From positions 32,412-86,906 of the forward strand of contig WELA01000281.1 in assembly GCA_009602735.1 (NCBI GenBank): a stretch of 54,495 nucleotides of DNA, written 5' to 3'. Made by a program: the position numbers and the translations under genes. Positions within the stretch are counted from its first letter, which is position 1. Every line of letters starts with the position of its first letter. The DNA is from Mesotaenium endlicherianum. Lineage: Eukaryota. Shown piece by piece: positions 36,875 to 46,709 of this stretch. The notes under the pieces were generated by a model, which worked only from the letters and a program-made list of their open reading frames with translations, was not told the origin of the DNA and searched no databases.

Positions 36875-39800
36875 CATCATATATATACACACACATGTGT
36901 GTGTGTATGTATATATGTGTGTGTGTGCTGAAGATGGTGCGCCTCTCACCTTCTCCCACCTCCATCAAGTTGAGCACTTGTTCCGGGTTGACCACAATCT
37001 CCTCCTTCAGGCCCGCCACAAAGATCCCCTTCTGCAGACGCAGGCGCGCACAGTCCACTTGAATCTGGCGTGAGGGGCAAGACTTGGCAGCAGGGTGGAG
37101 GCACAAGAACATGGCAGCGCCTGAGAGGCGACACTTGGCAGCAGATTGGAGGTGCAAGCAGCAAGCAAGCCAGCCGGAGGAGGTGGAGGAAGGGCCAGGG
37201 GGTAAGGGCAGGTGGCCAAGTAGTGGTGGCCAAATGATGCCATAGCAGCAAGTTGCCACGTGGCACATCTGCAACCAGGCGTACACACACTCACGCCTGT
37301 CATACACTCGAGGCACGCAAAGAGGGGATTCTTTGCTCGATGCGAGCAACCCTGCGCATGCACATTGCTGCGATTGTTTCCCTTGCATGATTAGGACGCT
37401 CATCGATACAGCGGGGGGGAAAAAGTAAAAACACAGAACGTAATACTTCCGCCGGCGTCAGACAAGGAAACTGAATACAGGGGCGAGGGTGGCCGTTTGT
37501 ACGGGTTCATCGTCTACGGTGGTCAATAGTGGCGCCCGCAACGATGACCTGGCACCTGCAAAATGAGCTGGCATTCGAATCCAGGGATTTGACTGTCCAG
37601 TCACGCGGGTCAGGGCTCCCGCTCCAGTGGGAGTGGGGACCACAACGGACAGCAGTGAGCTGGCAAGCGGTGAGCTGGCGGGCGCACCTCCAGGTTCTCG
37701 TGGATCTGGAGCTTCTTGCTGTCGTGTGAGAGGAGGTCGTTGATCTCCTCGTTGTAGATCTCCATGTACGACACGCGCAGCAGGAACTCCCGTTCACTCG
37801 CCTGCCGCCGCCGCCATGGATGAGGTGTGAGAGAGAAAGAGAGGGAGGGAGGGAGGGCGGAAGAAAAAAAAAGCAATTGGTTTGGGGGGGAGAGGAGACA
37901 GGAAACAGATAAAGAAGGGAGAGAGTGATGGGAGGGGGTTAAGGGGGANNNNNNNNNNNNNNNNNNNNNNNNNNNNNNNNNNNNNNNNNNNNNNNNNNNN
38001 NNNNNNNNNNNNNNNNNNNNNNNNNNNNNNNNNNNNNNNNNNNNNNNNNNNNNNNNNNNNNNNNNNNNNNNNNNNNNNNNNNNNNNNNNNNNNNNNNNNN
38101 NNNNNNNNNNNNNNNNNNNNNNNNNNNNNNNNNNNNNNNNNNNNNNNNNNNNNNNNNNNNNNNNNNNNNNNNNNNNNNNNNNNNNNNNNNNNNNNNNNNN
38201 NNNNNNNNNNNNNNNNNNNNNNNNNNNNNNNNNNNNNNNNNNNNNNNNNNNNNNNNNNNNNNNNNNNNNNNNNNNNNNNNNNNNNNNNNNNNNNNNNNNN
38301 NNNNNNNNNNNNNNNNNNNNNNNNNNNNNNNNNNNNNNNNNNNNNNNNNNNNNNNNNNNNNNNNNNNNNNNNNNNNNNNNNNNNNNNNNNNNNNNNNNNN
38401 NNNNNNNNNNNNNNNNNNNNNNNNNNNNNNNNNNNNNNNNNNNNNNNNNNNNNNNNNNNNNNGGGGGGGGGGGAGAGAGGAGCGGAGGTCGGGAGGGAGA
38501 GGCGTCAGTGAATCAAGGAGAGTAGCAGTTCAGATCCAGCTTACATTTTTCGGCCTGCCTCGAGGGTGTTTCAGACTGTGCAACAACATTCCCGTGCACA
38601 CAAGTGTAAGAAGACCGCAACTATGTATATGCATGCCATCGCAGCGCACGAAGAGTGAGCGCTGTGTGAGTGCTTGCTTCTCTGCCACAATGTGAAGCAT
38701 GAGCCCCCCCCTCCCCCCCCTTCCTTTTGAGCACGCAATTGCGAGCTGCTGCCACTGAGGCAAACTCAAGTACTTTACTTCCCACCATCGCAAACCTGGT
38801 GGATGCCGCGGGCAGACGTTTTTCACGGCCAGGGCCGGGGATGGTGACCGGCTCCCGTGTCACTACTAGAAACATCACATCACACAGCTCTCTCTTTACT
38901 GACCGAGGGCGGGCTGCTGCCATCGGAACTCGCAGACATCTTTCGATTATTCAAGCTCGAACCTGGGGAGGTTGTGAAAGATGCCTTGCACGGCCGGGGG
39001 GACGTGTGCGTTACCAGGTGGAGGCAACGCATAGCTCTCCCTTGAACGACAGAGGGCAACCCTAGATAATCTCTACGAGGTGCGAGCTGGTGGACGCTAT
39101 GGAAGACGTCTTGCACGGCCAGGCGAATGTGTGTGTGTCACCAATGGAAGCATGACCCGGCTCTCCCTTTTATGACACAGACCGATCTCAGACCTGGTGG
39201 ATGTTATGGAAGACGGGCCCGTTGCGGAAGACAACATGCGTCGGACGTAACAAAATGTAACAAACGTCAGACCTGGTGGATGTTGTGGAAGACGTCTTGC
39301 ACGGCCAGGGGGATGATGCCGGGCTCGTGCGCGCCCCCGCGCATGGTGTGGGTCTTCCCGCTGCTCGTCTGCCCGTACGCAAACACCGTGCCTGCACGCA
39401 AGAGCAACAGCAAGAGCAGCAAGCACCAAGGAGCATGCGCAACCGGGAGCAAGCGGCATGAGGAGGCGGCATGTGGCACGTGCAAGCAGCGTGGGGTGGG
39501 GGACGTGAAGGCGGCACGTGGCACGAGAAGGTGACGTGTGGCGAGCCAAGGCAGCGCGTGTGGCGGGCGTGAGCATGAGCACGTGCAAGCCGATGCAAAC
39601 GTGCGCGCAGCTTGCTGGCATGGCCATGAGTCGGAAGGAGGGGCAGGGGGGGTGTGAGGGGGTGCATGTGAACGTGTGCATGAGTATGTGATTATGCCTG
39701 TGTGCGTGTGTGTGTGTGTGTGTGTGCGTGTGTGTGTGTGTGCGTGCGTGTGTGTGCGTAGACACATGACGACGGGCGTGGGTATGAGCATGGGCATGGG

Positions 39801-41832
39801 CATGGGCATGGGCAACCGGCCCAGAGCCTAGGACCCAGAGCCTAGGACCTAGGACCTAGGGCCTAGGGCCTAGGCTCTAGGCCCTATGACCACAAGCTTG
39901 TGCGTTCTCTCTGACGAAGCTGGAGACTGTCTGTATGAGGGGGGAGGGGGGTGGGGTGTGGAGTTAGAGAGAGGCAAAGCTTGAAGAAGGCGCGGGGGGG
40001 GGAGGGGGGAAGAGAGGGAGGAGTAGGAAAAGCCTCGGTTTGGTGTGGAAGAGGTGCGAGCATGGGTGCGAAACTAGAGTTCATGCTTTGGGTCGCTCTT
40101 GAGGAGGAGGAGGATTAGGAGGAGGAGGAGGCGCTCGAGACAGAGATGCATGTGGAATCCCTGGAGGAGACCTTTTGAGACACACCTCCGCGTGCGCACG
40201 AACGCACGCCCCATACCCCTAGGGCATCTGTTGATTTCTACTCCGCCGTTGCCCGAGCGAGTGCAACCCAATCAATCTAATATAAATCCCGTTAAAGCTC
40301 ATCCATCTGATCCACCTGATTTATTTCATCAATCTGATCAATCCCATCGATCCCCTCCATCCCATCAATTCCGTGAATCGCATCGATATGATCAATTTTA
40401 TTGATCTGTTCAAGGCTCTCCCCAGCAACCGTGCGAGCGACTGCTACACGCATCCCAGAGCCTCACCATCACCAGGAAGCTGGCGCCCACCCAATCAACC
40501 TGAGCCATGCACCGGCAATCTACCAAGCTCAAGACTCAATTCAATCAATCCCATCAATCCCACCAATCCCATCGAACCGATAGACGCTCCTCCCTCCAGC
40601 AGCAGCAGCCGAGCGCACGTGCAAGCGAGCCAACCAGCCGGCAAGCGCGCACGTGAGCCAGAGCGCGCAGGGTGCACCAGAGGGGGCAGGCGCGAGGAGG
40701 CCCAGGCCGAGGCTGATGATGCACGGCTGCTTGCGCTCTGCTTGCACTCTGCTTGCGCTATGCTTGCGCCCACGACACTGGTGGTACCTCGATTGCGTGG
40801 CACGGGCCAGCGCGTCAGCCCGAGGGCATCGACGAGAGCCTCTTGGCGCGTCATTAATTCGAGGCGAGTGCGATGCCTCGATTGGGTGCCACGGGCCAGC
40901 GCGTCAGCCCGAGGGCATCGACGAGAGCCTCTCGGCGCGTCATTAAGTCGAGGGTGAGGGTGAGGGTGAAGGGTAAGGGCAAGGGTCGCTGAGGTCGATA
41001 TCAACATCGTCATGTGCCAGCTGGAGCACTGATGGATTCTCCCTCTGGGCCCCACAGCCGTCGGATTCCTACATCTGAGGGCCCCACGCTAACCACGCGG
41101 CCACTGGTGAGCGTAGGGCTTTGCTTATTTACTCGCAAACACGTGTATGAGTATGAGTGTGAGTATGAGTAGAGACGTTGACTTTTTCATCAACTCCTAA
41201 GTTCATGTTCTGAGTCGAGTCAATTTTCCTCCATGGTCGCGAAGTAGTACCGTTGAAGCCGTCGACGGCGGAGGCGATGATGTCCTTTGTGTGCGTGTTG
41301 TAGATGTCGAGCGTCCGCACGTCGGAGCTGAACACATTGTCTGCACGCACGCACGCAATGTTTGATGCAGCGGGAGTGGAAGTGAGGAACTTAGTAGAAT
41401 GCTGGGCGGGGGCGGGGGGGAAACAGGTCTGAAAATTTCCATAATTTCACAGAATGTATGTCGGAGCTCAACACCTGCATGCATTAATGCACGCGCGCAG
41501 CGGTTTAGTGAGAGTGGATATGAGGAGCTCAGGAGACTATGACAAATTCACTGCAAGGGCGTCGGAGCTGGGCACATTGTCTGCAGCCAGAGGTACAGCG
41601 AGCGCGAGAGGGAGAAAATTACTTCATGCACACAGATGAACGACTTTGAACCTACACACGTCCGAGCTGAACACATTGACTGCACCCAGCGTTCAATCCA
41701 GTGAGGAGGAAGATGGAGAAACATAGGAACAGAGGGTAACTTGGTAACTTCACGAAGCGAAAAGAAATTGAGGGACATTCTGACGGAACTATGTGTGTGA
41801 AGTGAACAATATCGTATCCACTCAGTGAGCGC

Positions 41833-41866
<34 letters not shown>

Positions 41867-43299
41867 GAGAGAGAGAGAGAGNNNNNNNNNNNNNNNNNNN
41901 NNNNNNNNNNNNNNNNNNNNNNNNNNNNNNNNNNNNNNNNNNNNNNNNNNNNNNNNNNNNNNNNNNNNNNNNNNNNNNNNNNNNNNNNNNNNNNNNNNNN
42001 NNNNNNNNNNNNNNNNNNNNNNNNNNNNNNNNNNNNNNNNNNNNNNNNNNNNNNNNNNNNNNNNNNNNNNNNNNNNNNNNNNNNNNNNNNNNNNNNNNNN
42101 NNNNNNNNNNNNNNNNNNNNNNNNNNNNNNNNNNNNNNNNNNNNNNNNNNNNNNNNNNNNNNNNNNNNNNNNNNNNNNNNNNNNNNNNNNNNNNNNNNNN
42201 NNNNNNNNNNNNNNNNNNNNNNNCCCCCCCCCCATCCCCCACCCCCCAGCCCCCCTTCTATATTTGCCCTCACACTTCTGCTCACTCTCTCGCTCTCTCA
42301 TGTGATCCTGGCCTGTGAAGAGGTACTTTGTCGAGCTGCCACTAATTAATCCATCCACCCATCCAGCCAGGCGTAGCACTCTTCCAAGTGACGATTTTCA
42401 GCAGCCGGTTTGAGCGATCCGCTATCTATTTAGAAATTCCATGTCTGAGGGTGAGCAGGACTCGTCATCGTCCAGAAATCCCTCACAAGTATGTATCTCT
42501 TTAAAAATATGTATCTCTCTCACGAGTAAGTATCCCTGCCGGGATGTTTCGCTTTGGCAGAAAGAAAGCCTCTGATTGCTCTGAATGCTTCTCGGAGCCT
42601 ATGAAAGCTTCTGATCTTGGACAGCACACAAAAAATAAAAAAATCGGGTATGACACAAGCTTTTCTAGCCCCGTTGGCAGCAGTCAAGCTTGTAGAGTGG
42701 TCTTTATGTAGAACAACGTTCATACTATGGAAATGTATTCTGCGATAATGCAATAATTTCTTCATCGAAGCTTCAACCTCAACAGAGCACCCAGAGTTTG
42801 AAACCATGATGCCATTTACAATTTTTTCATTGCAATAAGTTAACATAACCAGACATTCATGCTCGACACATTTGCCTAAGACACCCTCTTTCATGGATGC
42901 ACAGGGTGTAGTCACCATAACTAGTCTGCAATCAAGGCTCTACTTCCCTGTGCCCACGTCCTTGCGTCTTGATTGTAACTTGGCGCAAGTATCAGATCCT
43001 ACAATCTCTACTACCCACAGTTTATATCGCCTGTACCAGATTGAGCTGGCACAATTGGCTTATTGACAGGGCTTGAGTTGAAGGGGGGAGCGTATGGAGG
43101 GGCTGGGGACACGTGCAGGGGCTAACGGCTATCGCTGCAAGCAGAGACACTCACCAAAGCTAAAGGACTGCCCTTGGATTGCTCCGCCATGGGCGTTACA
43201 CAAGCTGATCGTGTTGGCCTGAAGCCTCCATGGGCTACCTTTCTCTACCTCAGCTTTGCTTAAAGGACGGACGCGAATCGAGACGTATATTTTCTCCAT
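6975..43299 (-). CDS. Kinesin-7 / CENP-E-like kinesin (KIN7O-like), about 2590 aa, N-terminal motor plus very long coiled coil
   Basis: 34 phase-consistent exons: 43155-43299, 41251-41340, 39273-39391, 37688-37801, 36950-37031, 36528-36595, 35903-35983, 35386-35531, 34758-34860, 33555-33635, 32529-32597, 31715-31774, 30530-30694, 29862-29915, 28166-28927, 27785-27850, 27067-27270, 26599-26703, 24709-25872, 21824-23494, 21452-21538, 18951-19160, 17828-18049, 16688-16894, 15583-15672, 15015-15194, 14133-14242, 13742-13853, 13106-13255, 12686-12762, 11284-11530, 9680-9868, 8518-8733, 6975-7301. They sum to 7773 nt and end ...STEDKEN*. The acceptors of exons 20 and 27 are ambiguous by a few codons, and N gaps could hide more exons. 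Confidence 0.88.
7648..8388. repeat. (CA)n/(GA)n microsatellites flanking an assembly gap
   Basis: GA tracts on both sides of the N run; the same at 35025-35245 and on the left of the gap starting at 41882. Confidence 0.95.
10490..10745. repeat. (CAGT/CAGC)n tetranucleotide microsatellite
   Basis: Directly visible degenerate array. Confidence 0.9.
11524..11772. repeat. About 60-bp degenerate tandem repeat x4 with palindromic core ctgacagctgtcag
   Basis: gcagag...ctgacagctgtc units near 11550, 11615, 11672, 11731, adjacent to the kinesin exon 31 acceptor. Confidence 0.8.
14765..15010. repeat. Telomere-like TTAGGG-derived intronic repeats
   Basis: About 28-bp units (agcctcaacatcagggttagg) followed by ttagggttaggttcaggattaggattaggttagggttagggttagg. 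Confidence 0.75.
17062..17200. repeat. (GGCA)n microsatellite
   Basis: Long near-perfect array; a similar array lies at 33270-33346. Confidence 0.95.
19314..19869 (-). pseudogene. DDL: Two-exon fragment of a DAWDLE/SNIP1 FHA-domain gene inside kinesin intron 21
   Basis: Exons 19812-19869 ([19 protein letters not shown]) and 19314-19406 ([31 protein letters not shown]) have intact AG/GT sites and join in phase. They match the conserved pre-FHA block of plant DDL/SNIP1 as recalled. No start exon and no FHA exons are seen in the window. Confidence 0.82.
21165..21405. repeat. Degenerate (CCCTAA)n telomere-like tract
   Basis: ccctaatcctaacc-type hexamers throughout; similar tracts at 24425-24520 and 31545-31645 (opposite orientation). 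Confidence 0.7.
21824..23494 (-). CDS. Kinesin exon 20, coiled coil with 11-aa repeat array
   Basis: Core of the 629-aa ORF 21755..23644; ends CTT AAG|gtgcgc; several in-frame AGs near 23494. Confidence 0.85.
21923..22384 (-). repeat. Coding 33-bp (11-aa) tandem repeat, 14 copies, consensus about IERAFAEERAx
   Basis: [154 protein letters not shown]. Confidence 0.92.
24709..25872 (-). CDS. Kinesin exon 19, acidic coiled coil
   Basis: gtgcag|CTG AGG... E/A/K-rich open frame ending CAT CAG|gcgagt (GC donor, phase 0). Confidence 0.8.
33113..33190. repeat. (TCGGACA)n heptamer repeat
   Basis: ggacatcggaaatcggaaatcggacatcaaacatcggacatcggacatcggaca. Confidence 0.85.
33555..43299 (-). CDS. Kinesin motor domain exons 1-10
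   Basis: [13 protein letters not shown]-loop [29 protein letters not shown], switch [12 protein letters not shown], switch [63 protein letters not shown]. The following [19 protein letters not shown] and RRETWCP segments match CENP-E/kinesin-7. Confidence 0.96.
35993..36250. repeat. (CACAG)n pentanucleotide microsatellite
   Basis: Directly visible, abutting the kinesin exon 7 acceptor. Confidence 0.9.
39783..39888. repeat. (CATGGG)n followed by a (CCTAGGR)n quasi-palindromic array
   Basis: agagcctaggacctaggacctagggcctagggcctaggctct. Confidence 0.85.
40787..40953. repeat. Two 78-bp direct repeats, each bounded by cctcga/tcgagg inverted ends
   Basis: 40787-40864 and 40876-40953, nearly identical, 11-bp spacer. 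Confidence 0.9.
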
Positions 43300-44327
43300 C
43301 TTGAATCCCAAGAAGAAGCTACCTCTGGAGATCGGGAAGCATCCACATCCAGATATGCCGACTAGCTTCAATTCAGATGCTGAATGTCACCACAAGTTTT
43401 TCTGAATCAAGACTAGGTAATACTTGAGAATATCCGTAGTCAGTCAGGGGGTGCACGTCTTTAAGGTCCTCCCTAGTTTGGGGATGATTTGCGAATAGTG
43501 ATTCAATGTCGAGGCCTGATAATGCACGTCATGGCCGTAAGAATCAACCACGAGAGCCCTTCAGAGGAAACTTAATAAGCTTCTGGCGACACATGTGTGT
43601 TACTCTGAGTGTACCAGTTCCTTGTTTGTCTTCGGCAACGTTGTTACAGGGCCTTGTATAGCAGCAATACAATTACACCTGTGTTTAAGTTCGCACCTTC
43701 AAAGAGCGCAACGGCTAGTGCCTCGGATTCGTCGCTGGAACTCGACTTTCAAAATGTGGTGGCTAAACGGGAAGACAAAACGAACGTCTATCTATTCTAT
43801 TTCCACCACACTAAAGTCGGTGGAAGCAAAACTACACCTCGTGATAATGATAGACAGCCAAACTTACAAACAAGTCGCTAACTTGCGCTGCCAAGTCTGA
43901 TGTAACACTGCGTCCGAAGCGGACTGACCAACGCCGTCAGAACCAGGTCAGAACCCTTGTCATTACCATTCTTTGTTGCCACTTATGCCTAGATGTCGGA
44001 AAAGTCTGGCGGAGTCAGCAAAACCTCGAACCCTCCAGGTACAATCTTATCGAGTCGTTATCGACATATCAATCGGCATACCTCGAGTCAAACGACCGGG
44101 CTTCTTGGAGCTTCTAGAACATGGCGCTTTCTTCACTGGTTACATTACCCTCATTCATGTGCGGTTTGTAGTAATCACGGTGTTCGAAAGATAAGCTACG
44201 CGCATGATCGTGTCATCTTGCACTTGTCAAAGAGGCCTTGTGGTGACTCCAACGATTGTCTAGTGAGCTGCATTAAGAGATTCTTTGAACAAAGCTACAG
44301 CAATTCGAGCTGAGCACATCCGGAGTC
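43300..44327. promoter_or_regulatory. Divergent promoter/5' UTR region between the kinesin and YLMG1
   Basis: Head-to-head ATGs at 43299 (-) and 44328 (+). AACGG (MSA-core) motifs at 43710 and 43766. Confidence 0.55.
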
Positions 44328-46709
44328 ATGGCCGCTCTTGCAGTGAATCCTGCTGTGTTGAGCAGGTCGTCCATATCTGCTGCTCTTTTTACTTCTGGAG
44401 CATCTCACAGAGTGGCGGTAAGCAGTCCATCTCTGGCACTGAGGAGCTGCAGGTTACCCAGAGCGACTTTGAGAGTCTCAGAAGAGGCGGGGAGCAATTT
44501 GCAGAGACGATCCACGCTCTTTCGTCAGCTTAAAGGGCGAGCTCAGCCGAAAATTTGTTGTCAGTCTGTGGCTCATGTTGAAGCTCCCTCGCAGTCGGAT
44601 GTCAGTGCCAACAACAGGCACGCATTCAAACTACCAGTTCAGCTAGTCTTAGCTGCAGCGGTGGCGAATACTCTTATTCATAAGTTGGTGACGATTTTTT
44701 CGTCTGTTGGTCGGATGGTCACAGCCCCTGTGGGAGGGGATCATCTAGGTGAAAGCTTCGATGGGAAGAAGCTCCTGCTTTCTGCAGGCCCTCTTTTCTT
44801 TGCGGCTATGAGTGCAAGTACTGGTTCTAGGGTTCCTATGGGTCCATCAGACGCCGTCAGCCCGCTGGTAGTTGTTGCCGCTGCCATACAGAAATGGCTT
44901 GAATTGTACAGCTCCTTGCTATTTGTGAGGGTTCTGCTGAGTTGGTTCCCTAACATTCCCTGGGAGCGCCAGCCAATGGTCGCTATCCGTGACATGTGCG
45001 ACCCATACCTTAACTTGTTCCGCAGTATCTTGGTAAGTGCTTCATAGTCCTGCCTTCTGTGTATCTTTATGGCATTGTGTGCTTTTGTGTGCATAGGTCA
45101 TTACAGTCATTACGTTCTTGCATGTCTTAAGCATTCACATGTATGCGTGGTTATTCAAAGGTCGTCTCGGTGGGCTTCTGGTCTGTTTTGCATCGCGACC
45201 GGAGAGGCTCTTACATGATGATTGCACTTGGGGAGTAAGGGGTAGACAAAGATGACTGCTCATGGGAAGTGCCTACAGTAATCAGGGACGATGTATAATC
45301 GTCATTTGGATGTCAGTAATGAGGGCTGGTGAGGGTGGGAGAGGGACTCAGCAGGACAAATGACACGGCCAAACTTCCAGAAAGCAGCAGGAGCAAAAAG
45401 TTTTTGTACAGATTGTTAAGTTGGAGAGGTGTTTCTAGATGCTGGGAAATATACGTAGTGAAGTCCAGTCCGAGTGCCCCTGGACTACAAGCAGTCAGCC
45501 CTTAGTAGTAGAAGACAGGGTTGGAAGCTGTTTGCTAAGCATGGGATCCCATCTGGCCAGCAACTGCAGCGTATGCTGACCTTGATTTGACCACGTGTTG
45601 CGCATACATCGGCTCTTGACTGTGAGGACATCAAAAGGAGTAGAGGAGAGGAAGCGCTGGGACTTGAGGGGTGCTTCTTGAGGGGAATTTGTGTCTAACA
45701 CAAAACAACAGATGAATTCAACAGAATTACAAAGAATACATGTAAATAATAATTTCAAGTGTCTTATTTTTAATTATCAAGGCCTGGGAGCTGAGCCTTG
45801 TTAGGGGTGCCCTGCGGCGTCTGGTGTAGGAAAGTTTCTTGAGTGACTGTGTCATTTATGTGAGACTAAGATCCACGTTTGAAAGCCAGAAGGGCTGTGA
45901 TGGTGCACATGAGACTGCAGGGGAGAGGGCTATGAAATTGACCAACTCGATTCCGGGCCATCCCTTTTCTCCACAATACGAATCTTACCAGCGCCCTCTC
46001 TCTCCACTCGTCCTTCCTGTTTTTCCTTTCCCTCCAACCGTCCATGTTTGCTTTTGTCGCCCTCCAGGGTGTGCTTTCTGTTTTACCTGCGAAATGCTCA
46101 TCCATTCACATGGATACTCTCCACACTCTGTCAACGGGGTCCTTTGCTTGGCCATGGCTGGATGTTTGCAACTTGGTTCCGTGGGGCTCATTCTCGAACT
46201 CTCCTGCTTGATGGGCGTGTGGGCCTGTGTCCCTTCTGTCCCTGTGCCCCGGCTGAACTTTTCTTGATTACTCCGGCGGGTGTGCGTTTCTTCTGCCCCT
46301 ATGCCCCCGCTGGTTTTCGCACTCTCAGGGGTGGTGTGCATCCCCTTTGTGTGCATCCCCATCCAGGCCCCCTTTGGTCCCCTCCTTTCAACAACTCTCG
46401 TGTCACGTAATGTGCGTCCGTTCTGTCCCCCCCTGCTGACCCCCTCTCTGACAACTCCTGTGTGATGTGATGTGCGTGCCTTCTTTGGCCCCTATGCCCC
46501 ACCCCCCCCAACTGATTCCCTCGTTTCAACAACTCTTGCGCGATGCCCCCCTCCCTGACTGGTTCTTTCTTTTAACGGATTCCGCGGGTATGTGCTGTGT
46601 GCGCGTCTTCTGTTCTTTGCAGCCGCCTTTTTACAACGCTCTGGACCTGAGCCCAATTCTCGCCTTTATGGTGCTGGGAGTCATGTCCACGCTCGTCAGC
46701 ATGGTGTGA
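44328..46709 (+). CDS. YLMG1: Chloroplast YlmG/YGGT membrane protein, 263 aa, with transit peptide
   Basis: Exons 44328-45032 (TTG|gtaagt) and 46623-46709 (tttgcag|CCG). S/R/A-rich N-terminus, then KWLELYSSLLFVRVLLSWFPNIPWERQPMVAIRDMCDPYLNLFRSILPPFYNALDLSPILAF, the YGGT domain. Confidence 0.93.

Noticed and set aside
42520..42918. 132-aa ORF in kinesin intron 1
   Set aside because: AT-rich, no recognisable motif, and not needed for the continuous motor domain.
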